A stretch of 64,000 bases of DNA from a virus (taxonomy: Duplodnaviria; Caudoviricetes), in the IMG/VR virus record IMGVR_UViG_3300046318_000439, positions 138,273 through 202,272 of that record; one strand, written 5' to 3'. The position numbers were made by a program, and so were the translations under genes. The notes under the pieces are model-generated. The model had not been told where the DNA came from. It did no database searches and worked only from the letters and a program-made list of their open reading frames with translations. Below, in pieces: positions 9,862 to 17,902 of the stretch (position 1 is the first letter of the stretch; each line of letters begins with the position of its first letter).

Positions 9862-10218
9862 TTATTTTAATCCGCAGTTTAGATCGTAGCAAGTATGGTT
9901 GCCGAGTTGTTCCGACGTTAGACCGCATACTTTACATCTTTCATTCGGAAAAGACAACTCTGCTCCACCAATTGTACCAGGCATTGGCATCGTGTATGTG
10001 TATTCCTCACTGATGCAAACATCTTGGGGCATTGGTTCTTCTTTACAATCCTCATCAGAACAAAAATCCAACTCACCTCTAAAGTGATATCCTGATCCGC
10101 GGAGGAATTGTTCGAACCCCTGAAGTACTTCAGGGAGGTAGCTTGCATCAAACTCTAAAGTGTTAATCATATCCTCACCACCATCGCCGTTTATGCATGT
10201 GAATTTGAACTTACTCAT
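9862..10218 (-). CDS. hypothetical protein with C-terminal Cys/His zinc-finger-like motif
   Basis: 118 aa; CKVC...HTC...C. Confidence 0.6.
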   Translation of the reverse strand: MSKFKFTCINGDGGEDMINTLEFDASYLPEVLQGFEQFLRGSGYHFRGELDFCSDEDCKEEPMPQDVCISEEYTYTMPMPGTIGGAELSFPNERCKVCGLTSEQLGNHTCYDLNCGLK

Positions 10219-10508
10219 CTTTTTAGATCTTTCTCAAATGTAATGAATGCTTCTTGTTTGGCTTGATCGTCCCAAGTCTTACAGTAGTGATTATCTAAAT
10301 CACAAAGTGCAATTGCTTCTTCCAATGTGATTGGTCGATGTGACACAATAGTTTCTCCAAGATGTTCTTGTGAGAATTCTTTTGCTTGATCAGATACTAC
10401 AGTATCAAGAGCCCAATCTTCCTTCCCTTCAGGCACTTCTACAACATAGCGATGTCTGAACATCTGTACTGTCTCAACTAAAACAAATTTATTTCGGGCC
10501 ATTACCAA
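10215..10508 (-). CDS. hypothetical protein
   Basis: 97-aa ORF with ATGA-type overlap to the downstream gene. Confidence 0.65.
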   Translation of the reverse strand: MVMARNKFVLVETVQMFRHRYVVEVPEGKEDWALDTVVSDQAKEFSQEHLGETIVSHRPITLEEAIALCDLDNHYCKTWDDQAKQEAFITFEKDLKR

Positions 10509-10687
10509 TCTCCATTATCTAACCAAACTCTCACCGTAATACCTAGGAAGCCAAAGGCCCACATATAATCATGGACCATCGGCCACTCCTTATTCCGCTC
10601 ACGTCTGAACCATGGTAGCACTTTCCAATACAATGGATTTAAACTCAGTATAATCGATGCTCCAGAATAACGAATCCATTTTATCAT
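10502..10687 (-). CDS. small hypothetical protein
   Basis: 61 aa, Trp-rich, overlaps both neighbours. Confidence 0.55.
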   Translation of the reverse strand: MIKWIRYSGASIILSLNPLYWKVLPWFRRERNKEWPMVHDYMWAFGFLGITVRVWLDNGDW

Positions 10688-11604
10688 ACTTGTACCACCT
10701 GTGGTAAGAAACGATCTGCGATACTCTCATGTCCACTATATCCTCGTGGATTACATACTACACGAGTTGTACCAACCATATAATCAAATCGGTCGTGTGT
10801 ATGGCCGTGAGTCCATAATTTAATTTGAGGGTGGTCTAAGATCAAATCGCTCAAGTCGCTATGATAACCACCATTCATTACTTTATCATCAGCATACCGA
10901 GGATGGCAACTAGCATATGTTGGTGTGTGGTGAGTACATACAACTACCTTTTCTTTACCAGCAACAGTATCTTTGAGGAATGAAATAAACTTCTTATGTT
11001 CTTCTACTGCATCTTCTGGTGAGAATGTGCTAGGCTCTTCTTTAACCTTTTCACTTTCTTTGATGTAGTATCCATTGGAATCTAGAAGATACTGACCAGA
11101 GCCATCTGGATTCTTAGCATACAGAGGAACACGTCGTTGCAACATTTTATTACTATTCTTCACACCGCTAAAATCATTCATACGACGACGGATGAAAAAT
11201 AATGTATCTGGATCTTCTTTATTCATATCAGTCCACATCGTTCCACCTACAAATGTCACTCCATCAAGCTCGATGGCTTCATTATCTAAAAAGTGAATGT
11301 TATCATACTTACATGTAGTAGCATGAATTGTGATTGGTGTGTATTTGAAGTCGCCATGATAGTGTTCATGGTTGCCCATGATGTATATGACATGCTTATA
11401 TGATTGACTGACTCTATTGAAAAACTCGAGAGCATCTCTTCGTCGACTGAAAGTGCGAACGGCACCTTCCTGCAGGTCTGCAGCTACGAGTATGTCTCCG
11501 CCTAAGATAAGAACATCAGCTTGTTCAACATTTTTAAACAAAGCGTGCTCTGGATGGATTACATCAAATTCTAAATGCAGATCGCTGCATACTGCAATTT
11601 TCAT
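10684..11604 (-). CDS. calcineurin-like metallophosphoesterase
   Basis: SDLHLE, GGDI, MGNHEHY, HH, HGHTH motifs. Confidence 0.9.
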   Translation of the reverse strand: MKIAVCSDLHLEFDVIHPEHALFKNVEQADVLILGGDILVAADLQEGAVRTFSRRRDALEFFNRVSQSYKHVIYIMGNHEHYHGDFKYTPITIHATTCKYDNIHFLDNEAIELDGVTFVGGTMWTDMNKEDPDTLFFIRRRMNDFSGVKNSNKMLQRRVPLYAKNPDGSGQYLLDSNGYYIKESEKVKEEPSTFSPEDAVEEHKKFISFLKDTVAGKEKVVVCTHHTPTYASCHPRYADDKVMNGGYHSDLSDLILDHPQIKLWTHGHTHDRFDYMVGTTRVVCNPRGYSGHESIADRFLPQVVQV

Positions 11605-11623
11605 AACAAACGTCCTAAATGTA

Positions 11624-11836
11624 TTAGGCTTCTAGTACAAAGTCTTCTGCTATATCTTCTGCCTGCTGTGATGTATCAACATACACGTGGTTAATTTCTT
11701 TAGTATCCTTATTACAATAAACCACATACGTGTGCTCATCCATCAGATATACTTTAGCTAAACGACCATTGTTATCGCCATAATGAGTAGATAAATGCTT
11801 CATATCAATTATACTCGCTTTTGAATTCATTGTCAA
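11624..11836 (-). CDS. hypothetical protein
   Basis: 70-aa ORF in the operon. Confidence 0.55.
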   Translation of the reverse strand: MTMNSKASIIDMKHLSTHYGDNNGRLAKVYLMDEHTYVVYCNKDTKEINHVYVDTSQQAEDIAEDFVLEA

Positions 11837-12071
11837 CGTCTGTAATGAATTGATTTATAAGAGATTTTGCTTGGATAATTTCGTTGTATGGAACCCCAGC
11901 ATACGCCAGTGTAAGGTCTGCTGTGTCCATTTTAATTAATTCCTCGTAGGTCCAATCTTTACATAAGTCCAAGCTATACCAAAGACTCAGTACCTGTTCT
12001 TCTTTTGAGGGACCAGAATTGTCGCTCCAAAAAGAATACCACGGAGAAGAGGACCAACGAGAATAAGACAT
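11805..12071 (-). CDS. hypothetical protein
   Basis: 88-aa ORF, TAATG coupling to the upstream gene. Confidence 0.6.
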   Translation of the reverse strand: MSYSRWSSSPWYSFWSDNSGPSKEEQVLSLWYSLDLCKDWTYEELIKMDTADLTLAYAGVPYNEIIQAKSLINQFITDVDNEFKSEYN

Positions 12072-12364
12072 TAGATTGCCTTAGCGATTTGAATACCAGA
12101 ACCAAACATACGATTGTAATTGTTTAACATATCAACACCTGGTTCGAATTGAACCATTACAAAAGATTTATTGAATGGAAATGCTTTATCATCAGCATAT
12201 GGAAGAAAAGGCATTAATCCTAATCCTACTTGACCTTGTTGGCCACCTGGCATCATTACAATAGATGCTACATCTTTCAAATCAATCGTGGTGCTTGTTT
12301 CATTTTGAAACTTACCAACAACCTCTTCCCCAGACGTTAATTTTAAACATACAATTTTTTCCAT
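12071..12364 (-). CDS. Sm-like fold protein (conserved in T4-like phages)
   Basis: LKLTSGEEVVG N-terminus; ends YNRMFGSGIQIA. Confidence 0.7.
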   Translation of the reverse strand: MEKIVCLKLTSGEEVVGKFQNETSTTIDLKDVASIVMMPGGQQGQVGLGLMPFLPYADDKAFPFNKSFVMVQFEPGVDMLNNYNRMFGSGIQIAKAI

Positions 12365-12379
12365 AACAATTCCTTAATA

Positions 12380-12481
12380 TTAAGACCACTCATTTAATTT
12401 ATATCTACGCTTTGCCTGCATAGCACGAGTTTCCACTATTACATCAAATAAGACAACGAAAAAATTGCATATGTGTTTCAT
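12380..12481 (-). CDS. 33-aa small protein absent from the ORF track
   Basis: MKHICNFFVVLFDVIVETRAMQAKRRYKLNEWS; ATGA-coupled to the upstream ORF. Confidence 0.5.
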   Translation of the reverse strand: MKHICNFFVVLFDVIVETRAMQAKRRYKLNEWS

Positions 12482-12621
12482 ATGAACCCTCTGCGAGTTA
12501 AAATATTCATACGATATTCTAGATCCCAGCGGTCAGTTGCTTCATTGAGAAAAGCTTCAATCTCTTTTATATAGTGAGGGGCAAATGTTCGCTTTACCCA
12601 ATTTTGAAATTTTGTTTCCAT
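12478..12621 (-). CDS. DUF3563-like small protein (47 aa) absent from the ORF track
   Basis: METKFQNWVKRTFAPHYIKEIEAFLNEATDRWDLEYRMNILTRRGFI; the FL.EATD..DLEYRM motif recalls DUF3563. Confidence 0.6.
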   Translation of the reverse strand: METKFQNWVKRTFAPHYIKEIEAFLNEATDRWDLEYRMNILTRRGFI

Positions 12622-12651
12622 GTGCGTGTTTATACCCATATAAGATTTAAA

Positions 12652-12681
12652 GAAAAAGAAAGCCGAGAGTTTCCTCTCGGC
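12652..12681 (-). terminator. rho-independent terminator after hsp20
   Basis: GCCGAGAG-GAAA-CTCTCGGC followed by TTTCTTTTT on the minus strand. Confidence 0.85.
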
Positions 12682-12691
12682 CTTTATTACA

Positions 12692-13153
12692 TCAGTCTAC
12701 TAAAAGTTCTTTTTTAGCTTTCGACTTGACAGGGATCTTCTTTGGTTGTTTATGTTCCGGAACCAAACGTTCCAAAGCAATTTTTAACATACCATTAAAC
12801 ATCTCTGCATCTTTCACTTCGATCTCATCATTTAGTGCGAATGTGCGAGTAAAAGCTCTATTCGCGATGCCTTTGAAGAGGAAGTTGTCTTCTTCTCCAT
12901 CAGTAGCAATATTGCCACGTACAACTAACTTTCCGTCATTCATTTCAATGTCAATGTCTTGCTGACCAAAACCTGCAACAGCAATTTCAATAGTATAATG
13001 ATTCTCTCCTACCTTCTTAATATTGTAAGGAGGGTAGTTAGGAATGTTCTTAGTTAAGTCATCATGTAGTTTTGCAATCTGATTAAATTGCTCATCAAAC
13101 CCAATGAAAAAACGGTCGAAGTCTTTGAACTGTGGAAATGTAATGTTAGTCAT
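12692..13153 (-). CDS. hsp20: small heat-shock protein Hsp20/IbpA family
   Basis: NYPPYNI, IEIAVAGF, KGIANRAFTRTF, NGMLKI, IPV; start MTNITF after GGAGG. Confidence 0.95.
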   Translation of the reverse strand: MTNITFPQFKDFDRFFIGFDEQFNQIAKLHDDLTKNIPNYPPYNIKKVGENHYTIEIAVAGFGQQDIDIEMNDGKLVVRGNIATDGEEDNFLFKGIANRAFTRTFALNDEIEVKDAEMFNGMLKIALERLVPEHKQPKKIPVKSKAKKELLVD

Positions 13154-13166
13154 ATCGCCTCCAGAT

Positions 13167-13406
13167 TTATTTTGCAAAAGCGAAAGCTTTGCTGGCATCA
13201 AACTTAACTAATTCTTGTGTAGACAAGTTAGCTACTTCAGCTGCAGTTTTAACAACTTGCTTACTGAATTTTGTTTGTGCATCAATAAATGAATTGAGGG
13301 ATTTTGCGATATCTGCGTTCTTTACGAAAGTCTGAACGAAAGATGTTTTTGCACCTTGAACGGTGTCGATGAATTGGCTAGCTTGAGCCGTGAATTGTTC
13401 ACTCAT
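13167..13406 (-). CDS. hypothetical helical protein (possibly phasin-like)
   Basis: 79 aa, Ala/Gln/Phe amphipathic pattern, strong SD AAGGAG; the family call is tentative. Confidence 0.55.
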   Translation of the reverse strand: MSEQFTAQASQFIDTVQGAKTSFVQTFVKNADIAKSLNSFIDAQTKFSKQVVKTAAEVANLSTQELVKFDASKAFAFAK

Positions 13407-13539
13407 TTGTATCTCCTTGAATTAAGCGAGTTTAAAATAAAAACACTACCCCGAAGGCATAGTGGGTTCCAGCTTACCGACTACTGGGGTACCATATCGT
13501 TGTACCGGTATAATATATATAACGTCCCATCCCTGGGTA
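13407..13539 (-). promoter_or_regulatory. structured 5' leader of the hsp20 cassette with a cUUCGg hairpin
   Basis: CACTATGCC-TTCG-GGGTAGTG hairpin, CCAG/CTGG hairpin, and CTCGC..AAGGAG before the ATG. Confidence 0.5.
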
Positions 13540-13545
13540 TTAACC

Positions 13546-13574
13546 ATTATAGTAAAATTTTTGTAAAAAATCAA
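13546..13574 (-). promoter_or_regulatory. sigma70-type promoter
   Basis: TTGATT-17 nt-TATAAT. Confidence 0.75.
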
Positions 13575-15107
13575 CTATACTGATAATTTTTTGTGTTTGT
13601 AATGCTCTACAAATTTGATGAAGTTGTTCTCATATGGTTTTCTCGTGTAGTCGGTGAGGAATAACTTTTTATCGAGTGTAACTTGATCCCCATTATCTTC
13701 ACACATGATTGATGATAGAGCAAGAGCATCGATCACTCGCATGTTGAATTTTCCAACTTTATATAAATCATATAGTGATTTTGTCCACACATCAGCTTCA
13801 TAAATTGTCATGTGTTCATTTTCCCATTGAAGATAATGTCCTACTGTATCTTCTTCTGGTGATATGATCCGATGGTTGCCACTTCCATCTTGCTGTTGTT
13901 CTCGTACTTGCATGTATCCATGTTCTGCGTAGTTTTTTGACAAGTAAGAATTCTTGTCATTTTCTTCTGCTACGATTTCTAATACTTCACTGTGGGCATA
14001 AAGCGGATGCCATTCATCTCGTACCCATTCATAGGTAGAGTTAAGACTCTCCATCGTTTCGTGTGGGAGTCCAGCAATGAGGTTGATAGTTGGTCTATAC
14101 CGATGACCAACACGTTCAGTGAAAAAGTCACGTACTTCAATTAGGCCTGCCTTAACGCGAGCAGGACCCATACCTTTTCCAATAAATTTTGCTGATCGAG
14201 CATTGAAGCTTTCTATGCCATAGAATTGCCCAAGCATACCCATGCGCAACAACTCTTCACGATCCAATTTACGAGATATTAATAGATCGGCCCGAATAAA
14301 TCCTGTAAACCATGGTTTAAAAGATAACGTATCCACGACGTCAGCAAACTTTGTAATCTTTTCAGTTGTGTCATTGAATGTATTGTCTGTGATTACATAG
14401 TTCGATATACCAAACCTGTCATGCGCATCCATCAATTGCTCATATGCACTTTCCGAACTACGTGTAGCATCGAAGTTGGCATTCCTAATAGGGAAATTAC
14501 AAAACGCACAATCGAACTTACAACCCCTTGCAAACTCTATCGATCCCCACTCGCCAGGAATTATAAAATCTCTATTCTCATACTTGATCATAGGATTCTT
14601 CCATGGAGCTGCGGGATAGTCGTGCATTGTTTCTATTACACAAGTACCTTTTACGACCTTAGTCTTTGGAGCTACACCGTTACTAAACTTATATTTGAGA
14701 ATTGCGTCAAGAGCATTTTCTCCATACCCAGCAACAAAGTAGTCAATATAATCAAGATGGAATGGTTCGAATTGGCCGCCCCCTATTAGAACGATATCTG
14801 GATATGTTTTTTTAATATACAAACAAAATTGTTCTAAAAGAGTTTTCCTTGTTGTGAAACTGTAGATGAATGAGAAACCAATGAATTTAGTTTCAGATGT
14901 GATGCGCGAATGGAGGAGAGCAATCAACTCATCGAATGTCCAGTATTCGAAAAAATCAATAACCTCTGCATCCCACCCCTGCTCGCGCATATAGGTTGCC
15001 ATGCGATGAGAACCAGGACCTCTATAACGACTTCCATCGTTAATTGATATCATTAAACAATGCATATTAGGCAGTTTTGAACCCCACAGCTCCACCTTCT
15101 GCTTCAA
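13575..15107 (-). CDS. cobalamin-binding radical SAM protein
   Basis: N-terminal B12-binding-like Rossmann (IGFSF, LIGGG, FVAGYGE), CKFDCAFC motif, DNTF, GIESFN, GLPHET. Confidence 0.85.
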   Translation of the reverse strand: MKQKVELWGSKLPNMHCLMISINDGSRYRGPGSHRMATYMREQGWDAEVIDFFEYWTFDELIALLHSRITSETKFIGFSFIYSFTTRKTLLEQFCLYIKKTYPDIVLIGGGQFEPFHLDYIDYFVAGYGENALDAILKYKFSNGVAPKTKVVKGTCVIETMHDYPAAPWKNPMIKYENRDFIIPGEWGSIEFARGCKFDCAFCNFPIRNANFDATRSSESAYEQLMDAHDRFGISNYVITDNTFNDTTEKITKFADVVDTLSFKPWFTGFIRADLLISRKLDREELLRMGMLGQFYGIESFNARSAKFIGKGMGPARVKAGLIEVRDFFTERVGHRYRPTINLIAGLPHETMESLNSTYEWVRDEWHPLYAHSEVLEIVAEENDKNSYLSKNYAEHGYMQVREQQQDGSGNHRIISPEEDTVGHYLQWENEHMTIYEADVWTKSLYDLYKVGKFNMRVIDALALSSIMCEDNGDQVTLDKKLFLTDYTRKPYENNFIKFVEHYKHKKLSV

Positions 15108-15657
15108 TACGCTTAATTACATCCTCAAACAGTATAGGCGCAAAGTCTGGTAGTTGCTCTACGCTGACGTTATGATATCTAGTATCAATCTCATCACCAT
15201 ATAGAACCTCTCCTGTCTTTGCATCAACACCTCTTGGCTTCATAACTCTATTAGAATGTAAGTGGCCGTGAATGTTAACACCAAAGCGACCTAAGCTATC
15301 AGAGTGAATAGGAATATGGCTTAGGATCATTCCGTTCAATATGTGGTAGGCACGAAGCTCCCGGAAGTATTGTCTGTATTCATCGTCTCGGAAGATATCA
15401 TGATTACCGCGGATCAATACCTTATCACCATTGAGACGAGCTAATGTAGGCAATGCTTTACGATTAATCACAACATCCCCTAAGTGATAAACCTTGTCTG
15501 TAGGCTTAACTCTCTCGTTCCATGCTTTGATCATATCCTCATCCATCTCGGCAGGATCGTCCCATGGACGAAGTTTCGTAACGCCATCGCTACGTGTGAA
15601 GCGGCAAACGCCAGTGTGACCAAAGTGCGTATCGCTTACTAGAAATACTGACGGCAT
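15067..15657 (-). CDS. metallophosphoesterase (phage calcineurin-like)
   Basis: SDTHFGH, HLGDV, RGNHD, SHIP, HGHLH. Confidence 0.9.
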   Translation of the reverse strand: MPSVFLVSDTHFGHTGVCRFTRSDGVTKLRPWDDPAEMDEDMIKAWNERVKPTDKVYHLGDVVINRKALPTLARLNGDKVLIRGNHDIFRDDEYRQYFRELRAYHILNGMILSHIPIHSDSLGRFGVNIHGHLHSNRVMKPRGVDAKTGEVLYGDEIDTRYHNVSVEQLPDFAPILFEDVIKRIEAEGGAVGFKTA

Positions 15658-15770
15658 TTGCTACTCCTTTCAAAAAAGATAGTTTGCTTCTACTGAAGGA
15701 GATCTATCAACTCCCACTCACATTTATTTTAACAGGTCGTGAGCTTGACAGACACAAGGCCTCCTGTTTT

Positions 15771-15854
15771 TGGTGGAGCATCCTGGGATCGAACCAGGCA
15801 TGTCTAAGACGGCGGATTTACAATCCACTGCATCACCATTGATGCTTCTGCTCC
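15771..15854 (-). tRNA. tRNA-Tyr(GTA)
   Basis: Anticodon arm GTGGA-TTGTAAA-TCCGC, long variable arm, GGTTCGATCC T-loop, encoded CCA. Confidence 0.9.
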
Positions 15855-15857
15855 AAA

Positions 15858-15985
15858 TTAGTGCTGGGTATGAAATCCAGCGACACTTTCTCGGAGTGTC
15901 CGATCCTCTTGCTTCAAACGCTGGTATGCTACCACAAGCCTCCCGTCGTCTATTGTTTATACTCGCTTCCGAACCCGAGTTTTCT
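15858..15985 (-). ncRNA. candidate structured RNA between tRNA-Asn and tRNA-Tyr
   Basis: GC-rich spacer with hairpins CTCG/CGAG, GACACT/AGTGTC and GCTGG/CCAGC. Confidence 0.35.
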
Positions 15986-15997
15986 TAAACCACAATG

Positions 15998-16070
15998 CTC
16001 CGGGTCCTGGATTCGAACCAGGCTTCACGGATTAACAGTCCGCCGCCTTCACCTAGATTGCTCACCCGGA
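15998..16070 (-). tRNA. tRNA-Asn(GTT), CCA not encoded
   Basis: TCCGGGT/ACCCGGA acceptor, GCGGA-CTGTTAA-TCCGT anticodon arm, CCTGG-TTCGAAT-CCAGG T arm, discriminator G. Confidence 0.85.
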
Positions 16071-16080
16071 GCATTATGGT

Positions 16081-16503
16081 CTATCCATACATTTTTAATC
16101 CTTTTGACTTCCGTCCATTGCCCATATTCTTGGCTCCGAAAGTTTCAGATTGACTGTCGCAGTTGGGGCATATCAAACGAAAATTCGAAGGGGCATTGTT
16201 TGAAGCATCCCCATCTATATGATCTACCCACAATCGAATTGGTTTATTGTTCCACTCCGTGATACTACATACAGTACATTTATTACTGAATCGCTTCACA
16301 AGAATTTCATAAATGTCTCTTCTCGTTGTAAGCTGGCCAGCATCAAATAGCTTTGTTTTCTCTTCCATTACCAAGACATGCTTTTGTTCTGCTTGACATT
16401 TATTACTACAATACTTGTGGTTGTAGCTATGGCCTTTGAATTTAATGTCAACTCCACAACCACAACACTTATACACCTTATCTTTTACACCCTTATAATT
16501 CAT
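16081..16503 (-). mobile_element. HNH homing endonuclease in the tRNA cluster
   Basis: CxxC motifs, VDHIDGDASNN...NFRLICPNCDSQ. Confidence 0.85.
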
Positions 16504-16532
16504 AAGTAGGACCTCCTATATGGTATATAGGG

Positions 16533-16558
16533 TTTTCTACCGACTGAGCTATATGCCA
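16533..16558 (-). pseudogene. truncated tRNA 5' fragment (acceptor 5' strand and D arm)
   Basis: TGGCATA-TAGCTCAGTCGGTAGA then abrupt loss of tRNA structure just upstream of the HNH gene. Confidence 0.55.
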
Positions 16559-16579
16559 ATATTACTACAACAAATTGTT

Positions 16580-16666
16580 TGGTGCTGACCATAGGATTCG
16601 AACCTACGTTGGGATTACTCCGCCTGATTACAAGTCAGGTGCCTTCAACCGCTCAGCCAAGTCAGC
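16580..16666 (-). tRNA. tRNA-Thr(TGT) with an atypical long variable arm
   Basis: GCTGACT/GGTCAGC-A-CCA, CCTGA-CTTGTAA-TCAGG, 15-nt variable region CGGAGTAATCCCAAC. Confidence 0.8.
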
Positions 16667-16673
16667 ATTATTC

Positions 16674-16751
16674 TGGAGCGGGTGGGGAGATTCGAACTCC
16701 TCACTTCAAGTTTGGAAGACTTACGTGCTAGCCGTTAAACACTACACCCGC
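16674..16751 (-). tRNA. tRNA-Gly(TCC)
   Basis: GCGGGTG/CACCCGC-T-CCA, TAAGT-CTTCCAA-ACTTG. Confidence 0.9.
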
Positions 16752-17159
16752 TTTTGGAACTTCTAAATTATATTTGTGTATCTTCGCATGACAGTTTCTG
16801 CAAACCACAATACACTTCGAAAGTTCCTTTTTTATTTTTTCCAATGACGAATCTCTCAACAGTGAAGATATAGTATGTTCTTTTACAGAGGGATCGACGT
16901 GATGAAAATCTAAGCAAGCCTCCTCACTTTCTCCACACATACAACAACATAGAGTTGACTTCCACATACGGAAAGAATCTCGCTTTGCTGTAGCTCGAAC
17001 AACATTCTCTCTTATTACCTTCTGTCTGTGTTTTTCGTAATATCTTTTCTTTATTTCTCGATCGCACACTCGACAATAATTTTTCTTGATGCCTTTTGTT
17101 TTATTCTTCCAGTTAAATTCTTCAGCTAATTTTATTTCTTTACAAACCATACATTTCAT
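16728..17159 (-). mobile_element. HNH homing endonuclease; 3' end overlaps tRNA-Gly
   Basis: CxxC...CxxC N-terminus, CCMCG..CLDFHHVDP..K...KCIVVCRNCHAKIH. Confidence 0.85.
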
Positions 17160-17228
17160 ATACTCCTCCTTCCTCTATTTATCGAAGTTTTGCCTTCGAA
17201 ATCTAATTGAGGTTGGAATATATAAATT

Positions 17229-17257
17229 ATTATACCTATGTAGCGTTTTAACGTCAA
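17229..17257 (-). promoter_or_regulatory. sigma70-type promoter inside the tRNA cluster
   Basis: TTGACG-17 nt-TATAAT. Confidence 0.8.
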
Positions 17258-17265
17258 CACCATAT

Positions 17266-17381
17266 GGGTACTCTCTGTGGTGCTTGAACCCACGATAGCC
17301 CTACTCTTCCTTGGCATAAAGTATGACTGGTCGACTTTGCAACTCTATGTTTTATTTCCAAGTGTAGCTACTCAGAGAGTA
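17266..17381 (-). ncRNA. tRNA-like RNA (acceptor stem and T arm with one long central helix)
   Basis: TACTCTCT/AGAGAGTA stem, GTGG-GTTCAAGCA-CCAC T-like arm, 3' ACCCA; internal GTAGCT/GGCTAT, CTTGG/CCAAG and CATAGAG/CTTTATG helices. Confidence 0.55.
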
Positions 17382-17387
17382 TTCATA

Positions 17388-17462
17388 TGGTACACCGTAG
17401 GAGAATCGAACTCCTCTTACCTGCGTGAAAGGCGGGTGTCCTAACCGATAGACGAACGGTGC
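17388..17462 (-). tRNA. tRNA-Glu(TTC)
   Basis: GCACCGT/ACGGTGT-A-CCA, CCCGC-CTTTCAC-GCAGG. Confidence 0.9.
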
Positions 17463-17464
17463 AA

Positions 17465-17896
17465 CTATAAATTTTCTACAAAGATAATTTCAACCCCAGC
17501 TTCATTAAACATCTGAAGTGATTCTTCTAGATTGTTGTGTGTTCTATTTAAATCTGGACGAGTTGTGACGACTGTTGTAATTCCCTTTTGGATAATGCCT
17601 TTAGCACATTCATTACACGGAAATAGCGTGCAGTATAACGTTGCACCTTTAATATCCATGTATGCATTATCCAATGCATTGCGCTCAGCGTGTGACACAA
17701 ACTTATATTTGGTTTCTTTATCTTGATAGCGTTCTGCAATGTCTTCCACTCCTCGTGGAAAACCATTAAATCCTAAACTTAGGACTTGCTTGCTATCATT
17801 GACCACACATGCACCAACTTGCGTCGAAGGGTCCTTAGACCATTCTGACACGTGCTGAGCAAGCTGATAAAACCGTCTATGCCATTTATTAACCAT
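17465..17896 (-). CDS. cd: dCMP deaminase
   Basis: SKDPSTQVGA, GFNGFPRG, HAERNAL, PCNECAK; likely start MVNKW. Confidence 0.92.
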   Translation of the reverse strand: MVNKWHRRFYQLAQHVSEWSKDPSTQVGACVVNDSKQVLSLGFNGFPRGVEDIAERYQDKETKYKFVSHAERNALDNAYMDIKGATLYCTLFPCNECAKGIIQKGITTVVTTRPDLNRTHNNLEESLQMFNEAGVEIIFVENL

Positions 17897-17902
17897 CTTA
17901 TC

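Noticed and set aside
17266-17381. tRNA-Sec or tmRNA
   Set aside because: No UCA anticodon arm, no G3-U70 Ala acceptor, no tag ORF, and too short for tmRNA
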